From: Vicinamibacteria bacterium
GTDB lineage: Bacteria > Acidobacteriota > Vicinamibacteria > Marinacidobacterales > Marinacidobacteraceae
Direction of reading: 5' to 3'
DNA: 64,000 bases
Assembly: GCA_963555995.3 (NCBI GenBank)
Contig: OY821641.1
Span: 3,104,001-3,168,000, forward strand
Shown here: in pieces, positions 58,427-64,000 of the stretch
How positions within the stretch are numbered: position 1 is the first letter of the stretch
Layout: each line of letters opens with the position of its first letter
Notes under the pieces: model-generated
What the model saw: the letters and a program-made list of their open reading frames with translations, nothing else
Database searches by the model: none
Told to the model about the DNA's origin: nothing
Position numbers and translations under genes: made by a program

Positions 58427-59359
58427 TCAGGAGGCTTGGCGGAACTGCTGGTAGCGGAGTTCCAGCCGGTCCGGGTCGGGGTGGTCCGCCGGGCGGCGCG
58501 GGCGATGGATGCGCTGGTCGTGCAGGCCCTGGAGCCCGTGGCGCAGCATGGGGCCGTCCTCCTCGCGGAGGAGGTCGGGGCGGACCTCGATGACGCCTTT
58601 GGGCGTCACACCGAGAAAGAACTGATCGAAGGCCGCGTGGTGGATCTTGCAGAGGGAGAGTCCGTTCGGCACGACGGGATCCCCGGTCGGGTCGCGGTCG
58701 GGGACGATATGCGCGGCGTCGAGGAGCGGCTCCCGGCGAAGGCGGCAGAACGAGCACCGGCTCCGATAGGCGCTGAGGACGCGGTGGCGGAAGACCCGCT
58801 GGTGAATGCGCGCGACGGTGCTTCGGGTCGCGTAGCGGCGCTCGAGCTCGCGATTTCCGCCGGCAGCCAGCGAAACGCCCGCCTGCTCGGCGGCTAGCCG
58901 TTGCACTGCGTAGTCCGCGTGATCCGCAACGACGGTAACCGTCCGGTTCGGGGGATCGTCGCCGACGATGAACGCCGGCCAGACCGGGAAATACCGCGAC
59001 CGGCCGATCCCGTGGAAGTAGAGAACCGGCCGCTGCTGTTCCATGAGCCGCCGGAGCCCCACATTGTCGGCGTGGCTGGGGTTGCTCCCGTAGTAGAGGT
59101 AGTGCAGCCGGCCCGTTCTCTTGTCGAAGCTGTCGCCGTAGGGGTTCTCCCAGGAAGTCCGGATGGACAGCGGCATCTCCATCTGCCGGGGCTTCCAGAT
59201 GCCACGCTGGTTGACGAGCGGGATGCGCTCGTTCCGGAACGCGAATCCGTGCATCAGCAGGCCCCAGTCCAGTTCGGGCCCGTGCAGATCCGTCTGTTCG
59301 CGCAACCAGGTGCCCGCCGCGACGCGGATCGCATGGTCGTCGAAACGGGCCGGGAACAC
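58427..59359 (-). CDS. HNH endonuclease with SRA/PUA-like N-terminal domain (type IV restriction-like)
   Basis: FRHRVLSAY..CSFC..DAAHI..NGLSLCKIHHAAFD; N-terminal GIWKP..PYGD..YYG..DNVGL..PVLYF. Confidence 0.82.
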   Translation of the reverse strand: MFPARFDDHAIRVAAGTWLREQTDLHGPELDWGLLMHGFAFRNERIPLVNQRGIWKPRQMEMPLSIRTSWENPYGDSFDKRTGRLHYLYYGSNPSHADNVGLRRLMEQQRPVLYFHGIGRSRYFPVWPAFIVGDDPPNRTVTVVADHADYAVQRLAAEQAGVSLAAGGNRELERRYATRSTVARIHQRVFRHRVLSAYRSRCSFCRLRREPLLDAAHIVPDRDPTGDPVVPNGLSLCKIHHAAFDQFFLGVTPKGVIEVRPDLLREEDGPMLRHGLQGLHDQRIHRPRRPADHPDPDRLELRYQQFRQAS

Positions 59360-59377
59360 CTTGGGGACGCACGGCGA

Positions 59378-60397
59378 TCACCTCCGCCGTGCGCTGGCCA
59401 TGGTACCAATGGGATGGAGCCCGCCGGAGCCGGCGGACGGACGCGCGGGAGCCTTCCGGAACCGGATCCTGAGGCTGGGGTCCGCCTCCTCCCGGTCCAC
59501 GATTTCGTTGTAGCGGGCAACCAGGCGGCGCAGGTCGTGGGGCAACCGGGCGGCGCGGAATCCGCTCCGCAGGTAAAGGTGGGTCGCGAGGAGATCGGCG
59601 ATGTCCAACACGTCGAGGCGTTCCCCGATGCCCGCCTGTTCGGCCAGGACAGCGGCGAAGGCAGCGGCGCGGGGCGCGGTGATCAGCACGGGCCGGTGGC
59701 CGTGTTCGAGTGAATCCCGACAGGCGGCGATCACCGCCTCGCCGGGTGACGCCGCGACATGCAGGATGGCGTGTCCGGGAGAAGGCGGCGCGGCTGGGGA
59801 CCCGGACGGCCGTACCGGGTCGAGCGCCGCCGCCACGAGGTGAGTGAGAACCGCATCGCTGTACCCCGCGCCTCTTTCCGGATCCCGCGCTTCCGCCTGC
59901 CGGCACAACTCCCGGAAGGCACGGGTCGGGCTTCGGTTCGCGTCGAGGACCAGCCGTGGGCGGGGCCGATGCGGTCGCGGCACCGGAGCCATCCGGCGGC
60001 GGGCGAGGAAGTCCCGTACGCGGGTGATCCAGAACGCTTCGATGGCGTCGGGGTCGGCCAGCCCCTCCTCGTGGAGCCGGTTCAGCAGATCCACATAGCC
60101 TCGCATCCTCTGGACGCTGCCCATGCTCGTCCGCCCGCCCTCCCGCGCGAGCTCCTCGGTGATCCCGTGGCGGGCGAGAATCTGCTGCACTGCCGGACGG
60201 CCGAGCCGCCGGACCTGACCCCCGCCCTCCACGATGAGGCTGTCGGCATCCAGCGGTAGTCCCCTCTCGCGGGCGTGGTCGGTCACCACGAGGAACAGGG
60301 ACAGGGTGCCCTTGGTCTCCGGGATGCTCGCGGCGTATGCGTCCAGCCGGTCGTCGAGGCACGGGGCTTCGCGATTCCCTGCACTGGCCACCGCCAT
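59378..60397 (-). CDS. DUF4928-like protein, full length but divergent
   Basis: KGTLSLFLVVT..GGQVRRLG..ILARHGI..LAREGGRTSMGS; C-terminal YNEIVD..DPSLRI; GGAGG RBS. Confidence 0.78.
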   Translation of the reverse strand: MAVASAGNREAPCLDDRLDAYAASIPETKGTLSLFLVVTDHARERGLPLDADSLIVEGGGQVRRLGRPAVQQILARHGITEELAREGGRTSMGSVQRMRGYVDLLNRLHEEGLADPDAIEAFWITRVRDFLARRRMAPVPRPHRPRPRLVLDANRSPTRAFRELCRQAEARDPERGAGYSDAVLTHLVAAALDPVRPSGSPAAPPSPGHAILHVAASPGEAVIAACRDSLEHGHRPVLITAPRAAAFAAVLAEQAGIGERLDVLDIADLLATHLYLRSGFRAARLPHDLRRLVARYNEIVDREEADPSLRIRFRKAPARPSAGSGGLHPIGTMASARRR

Positions 60398-60502
60398 GTC
60401 CTCCCCGCGTCGCGCGCGACGTTGGAAGTCTGCCGGCGCACCGTGACAGAACGTGTCAGCGTACGGGCGTTTCGGCCCGGGATCGTCGCGCTTCGCGCGA
60501 CG

Positions 60503-60812
60503 GTGCCGGTCTGAAGACCGGCGCTCCCAGCCGGCGGCGGCGGTGGCGCTGGGGTTCGTCTCGCCGGGGCGCCGTTTTCACAGCAAACCCTCATGTTCGG
60601 TCCACCTGCTCGCCCCGCCGGTCATGAAGACGGCGGAAACCGCCCGGAACGCCGGCTTCAGCCGGCACCGCGGGCCGAAGGCCCGCGGATGTCGTGCCGC
60701 TGCTCGCAGTGATGGACCGAGAGCGGAACGCCATCGCGCGGATCAGCGCCGCGCCGTCCGCTGCGCTCCGCGCGGCGCGGTGCCGGTCTGAAGACCGGCG
60801 CTCCCAGCCGGC
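60503..60812. repeat. REP plus REP-doublet element
   Basis: Reverse REP 60503-60530; doublet 60646-60812 is the reverse-complement homologue of 39137-39306. Confidence 0.8.
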
Positions 60813-60850
60813 GGCGCTCGCGCACCGCGCGCGGCGCTACCATCGGGGGC

Positions 60851-61930
60851 ATGCGGAACGTGATGCCCTCCTCTTCCCGGACCCGGTTCGCGGTGGCGGC
60901 CTTCGCCGTGGCGCTGCTCGCCCTCGCGGTCGCCGCCTGCGACGACGATGCGAGCCCGACGACCCCGGCTCCCGCGCCGCCGCCGGCCCCGGCGCCCGCG
61001 CCGCCACCCGAGCCGGAACCGGACCCGATCCGGGCGGAGGAGGTGGTGGACCGCGACACCCTGAAGCGCTTCGTGGAGGCCGCGGTCGGCGAGGCTTCGG
61101 CGAACATCGCGTCGGCGGACGCGGCGTACGACTTCTTCGACACCACGTTCCGGGAGGAGCGCTGGCTCCAGGGGTCCATCTACCTCTTCTCGCACTACCG
61201 GGAGGGCGACCTGCGGGCGCACCTGTTCTTCCACGGCGTCACCCCGGAGAACGAGGGGACGGACCGCTGGGGCCTCGAGGACGTGAACGGCGTGAAGCTG
61301 ATCCAGGAGCTGCTGGCCGCCGTCGCGGAAGGCGGGGGATACGTCGAGTACCGCTGGCCGAACCCGGCGGTCGAGGGGGACGAGGACGGCGGCTCGCCGA
61401 AGGTGAGCTACGGACTGCCGCTGACGATCGGCGACCTGAAGCTGTCGGTCGGAGCGGGCATCTACACCCCGGTCACGGCTCCGGACGTGCTGAACCGCGG
61501 GAACCTCATGCAGTTCGTGGAGCGCGCGGCGGCGGCGCTCTCCGAGCACGCCGCCGACCGGGAGACCGCCTACGCGTTCCTCGACGGGAACTTCCGCGAC
61601 GAGGGGGAGTGGCGGCACGAGGACATCTACGTGTTCGTTCTCACCATGGAAGGGATCAACTTCTTCCAGGCGCCCGACCCTGACTGGGAGGGGACGGACG
61701 TGTCCGACCAGGTGGACCTGAACGGGGTGAGGCTGGGCCAGGGACTCCTCGAGGCGGCCCGCGCGGGCGGTGGGTTCGTGGAGTACCACTGGGACAACCC
61801 GGCGGTCGAGGGGGACGAAGAGGGCGGGTCGCCCAAGCTGGCCTACGCGGTCCCGATCACCGTCGGCGAAACGCCCATGCTCCTTGGATCGGGGATCTAC
61901 GTGGACGCGTCCATCGCGTCCGGCCGGTAG
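60851..61930 (+). CDS. Lipoprotein with two tandem single-Cache domains, no output domain
   Basis: Lipobox VAAC, Pro linker, repeated DxNGVxL..GGxVEYxWxNPAVEGDExGGSPK..GIY. Confidence 0.85.
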   Translation: MRNVMPSSSRTRFAVAAFAVALLALAVAACDDDASPTTPAPAPPPAPAPAPPPEPEPDPIRAEEVVDRDTLKRFVEAAVGEASANIASADAAYDFFDTTFREERWLQGSIYLFSHYREGDLRAHLFFHGVTPENEGTDRWGLEDVNGVKLIQELLAAVAEGGGYVEYRWPNPAVEGDEDGGSPKVSYGLPLTIGDLKLSVGAGIYTPVTAPDVLNRGNLMQFVERAAAALSEHAADRETAYAFLDGNFRDEGEWRHEDIYVFVLTMEGINFFQAPDPDWEGTDVSDQVDLNGVRLGQGLLEAARAGGGFVEYHWDNPAVEGDEEGGSPKLAYAVPITVGETPMLLGSGIYVDASIASGR

Positions 61931-61956
61931 CGGGACGGGCTTGGGTTTCGGTCACC

Positions 61957-62214
61957 GTGAAGGAACTCGTCCAGGTCCGCATTGACCGAGCCGTGAAGAA
62001 GGAAGCCGTCGCCGTGCTGGCGGGGATGGGACTCACTGTCTCCGATGCCATCCGACTGCTGCTGACCAGGGTGGCGCACGAGAAGGCGCTGCCGTTCGCG
62101 CCCCTGATTCTGAACGATGCGACCATCGAGGCAATCGAGGAAGCCCGGAAGGGCGGCCTCCCTCGGTGCTCCAGCGTGCCGGCGCTCTTCGCCGATCTGC
62201 ATGCGGACGATTGA
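61957..62214 (+). CDS. RelB/DinJ-family antitoxin
   Basis: VQVRID..KKEAVAVLAGMGLTVSDAIRLLL..LPF..TIEAIEEA. Confidence 0.9.
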   Translation: MKELVQVRIDRAVKKEAVAVLAGMGLTVSDAIRLLLTRVAHEKALPFAPLILNDATIEAIEEARKGGLPRCSSVPALFADLHADD

Positions 62215-62266
62215 GCCGCCAACCGCGGGGACATCGGGTCCGTTTGGAATGGCGGCGGTCGCCTGA
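62201..62266 (+). pseudogene. Remnant 5' end of YafQ-like toxin
   Basis: ATG overlapping the antitoxin end gives MRTIE, a typical YafQ N-terminus, then unrelated sequence and a stop after 21 codons. Confidence 0.55.
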
Positions 62267-62319
62267 GCGGGACGACGGGAGGCATCCGCGCCGGCGACCG
62301 GCGTTCGGAGCCGGCCGAC

Positions 62320-62514
62320 TCAGACGTCCATCGGCGGATGCGGCGCCGGCTGTTCCGCGCGCGGACAGCCGTCGCAGGCGTCTCCCACCGGCCCATCCAC
62401 ACCGCAGCGGCGGAGGACGCAGCGGCCCTTCAGAATCGAGCCGAGCCCGAGGAGGAAGATGGACAGCGCGACCACCGCGAGGGAGAGGAGGACGATCCCG
62501 AGCGCCTGAAGCAT
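62320..62514 (-). CDS. NqrM-like small membrane protein (TM helix plus Cys cluster)
   Basis: Hydrophobic N-terminal helix, then C..RCG..CDGC; downstream of apbE on the same strand. Confidence 0.6.
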   Translation of the reverse strand: MLQALGIVLLSLAVVALSIFLLGLGSILKGRCVLRRCGVDGPVGDACDGCPRAEQPAPHPPMDV

Positions 62515-62587
62515 TCCGGGTTCATCCTACCGCCGGTGCCGGGCGGCCTCGCGCGGGGCGCTCGACCGTGAGGCGGCGCTACGTGCC

Positions 62588-62616
62588 TTGATGGGTCGTG
62601 CGCGAGCGAGCACAAT
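62588..62616 (+). promoter_or_regulatory. Sigma70-type promoter, probably leaderless
   Basis: TTGATG-17-CACAAT, ATG 6 nt later. Confidence 0.6.
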
Positions 62617-62622
62617 GGTCCC

Positions 62623-62904
62623 ATGCAGACCGCGTCCATGTCGGAATTCAGGACGAACCTTTCCCGGTACATCCGCGAAGTGCGGCGGGGAGAGGAAATC
62701 GAGGTGCTTCGTCGGGGCAAACTCGTGGCGCGGCTCGTACCGCTCGCGCCGAGTGCGAAAGACGACCGGCAGCGACCGATTGAGGCGGGGGTCCCGAGAC
62801 CCGGCACGGGAGACGGATCGGTAGCGCTCCGGAATCCGCCGCTCAAGATTCCGGGAGCCCGGCTCTCGGAGGCGGTCATCGAGGACCGAGAGGATCGGGG
62901 TTGA
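62623..62904 (+). CDS. Phd/YefM-family antitoxin, no adjacent toxin
   Basis: SMSEFRTNLSRYIREVRRGEEIEVLRRGKLVARLVP. Confidence 0.88.
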   Translation: MQTASMSEFRTNLSRYIREVRRGEEIEVLRRGKLVARLVPLAPSAKDDRQRPIEAGVPRPGTGDGSVALRNPPLKIPGARLSEAVIEDREDRG

Positions 62905-62952
62905 GGCACCCTTGGCAATTCGGCTCCCGGATGCCGGGGAGGGGCGCGGCCT

Positions 62953-63999
62953 TCAGCGGTTCCCGTCGCGCGTCAGGTTGGTGAAGGCGGGGGTCGCGGC
63001 TTCCCTGATCGCACCCTCCGGGGCCGCGGTCAGGAAGAGGGCCGCGATGCCCCTTTCCCCGGCGAGTTCGAGGCCCTCCTCCGGGCCCAGCACGTAGAGC
63101 GCCGTCGCCCAGGCGTCGGCTTCGAGGCAGGAGTCGGCAAGCACCGTAACCGAGCCGGTGCGGCGCTCGACGGGGCGGCCGGTGCGCGGGTCGAGGATGT
63201 GGGTCCAGAAGCGGTCGGCCGCATCGTCGCTGGGCCGGAAGTCGCGGTAGCCGCCGGAGGTGGCGAGCGCGAGACCCCGGATCGGGAACGAGCGATGGAC
63301 CCGGGTTGCGATGCCGCCCGCCGGGTGCTGGATACCGACCGTCCATTCGCCTCCTGCCCGGATCTCGCCGCCGATCTCGACGAGGTGCTCGGCGAAACCG
63401 AGGTCTGTGAGGGCGGCGGAGACCCGGTCCACCGCGTAGCCCTTGGCGATTCCGGAGAGGTCCAATTCGATGCCGGGGACCTGGCTATGGAGAGTCGCCC
63501 CGCCGTTCTCCAGCGCCAGCGAGAGCAGATGGCTGCCGGTCCGGCTCCGGGAGGCTTCGACCGCCGCGGGATCAGGTGCGGCGCGCGCCGGGTCGCCGCC
63601 GGGGCCGAAGCCGAAGAGCCGGAGCAGCGGGCCGACGGTGATGTCGAAGGCGCCGCCGGATTCGTCGTGGATGCGGAGGGCCGTTTCGATGACCCGGGCC
63701 AGCGGAGCCGAGATCGGTTGCGGGTCCGTGGCGTCCGACGCGTTCAGGCGCGAGAGTTCCGAGTCGTCCCGCCAGTTGGACATGCTGCGGTCCACGGCGT
63801 CGAGTTCGGTCTCGATGGCCGCCCGGACGGGTGCGGCATCCCGCTCAGAGCCGCGGATGCGGGCGGTCCAGCGGGTGCCGAAGGCTTCCCCGTCGAGGGT
63901 CCAGGCGGGGTCGGCGGGTGGGGCGCAGGCGGCGGTGCAGACCGCCGCCGCCAGCGCGAACCGCGGTAGGCGTTTCGCTCGCCGGGGGCGAGCGGTGCC
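62953..63999 (-). CDS. apbE: FAD:protein FMN transferase ApbE (5' partial)
   Basis: GAFDITVGPL, DLSGIAKGYAVD, EIGGE, ATSG, HILDPRTG, ADAWATA; frame open to the window edge with lipobox TAAC. Confidence 0.95.
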   Translation of the reverse strand, partial: GTARPRRAKRLPRFALAAAVCTAACAPPADPAWTLDGEAFGTRWTARIRGSERDAAPVRAAIETELDAVDRSMSNWRDDSELSRLNASDATDPQPISAPLARVIETALRIHDESGGAFDITVGPLLRLFGFGPGGDPARAAPDPAAVEASRSRTGSHLLSLALENGGATLHSQVPGIELDLSGIAKGYAVDRVSAALTDLGFAEHLVEIGGEIRAGGEWTVGIQHPAGGIATRVHRSFPIRGLALATSGGYRDFRPSDDAADRFWTHILDPRTGRPVERRTGSVTVLADSCLEADAWATALYVLGPEEGLELAGERGIAALFLTAAPEGAIREAATPAFTNLTRDGNR

Positions 64000-64000
64000 G

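Overview
Very GC-rich bacterial chromosome segment. The gene content (Oar-type TonB receptors, a GldF-GldG fusion with DUF4340, stand-alone Cache proteins, many secreted hydrolases) suggests a diderm heterotroph, possibly an Acidobacteriota or host-associated lineage; this is inference only. Core and metabolic content: a Gld-like ABC system, a Rieske oxygenase, a propeller/dihaem cytochrome c, hutI/hutFUH, tRNA-Asn, dnaX-ybaB-recR, GGT, two serine hydrolases, two YtcJ-type amidohydrolases, tRNA-Ser, an RND efflux operon, a catabolic cluster with a tandem aminotransferase, two tandem TonB receptors and apbE with an nqrM-like gene. Accessory content: a dense family of GGAG/GGAA-footed REP palindromes and REP-doublet elements, a 179-bp MITE flanked by TTAA, a Cache-autotransporter next to tRNA-Ser, a small AT-hook protein, one intact VapBC pair, and three antitoxins without toxins. 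The strongest candidate for an undescribed system is the methyltransferase-free, co-oriented nuclease island at 55.4-60.4 kb (DUF4928-like, SRA-like-HNH, AAA/DUF4143, N-truncated DUF4928-like, PLD-winged helix). All family assignments come from motif recognition by eye, not database searches.
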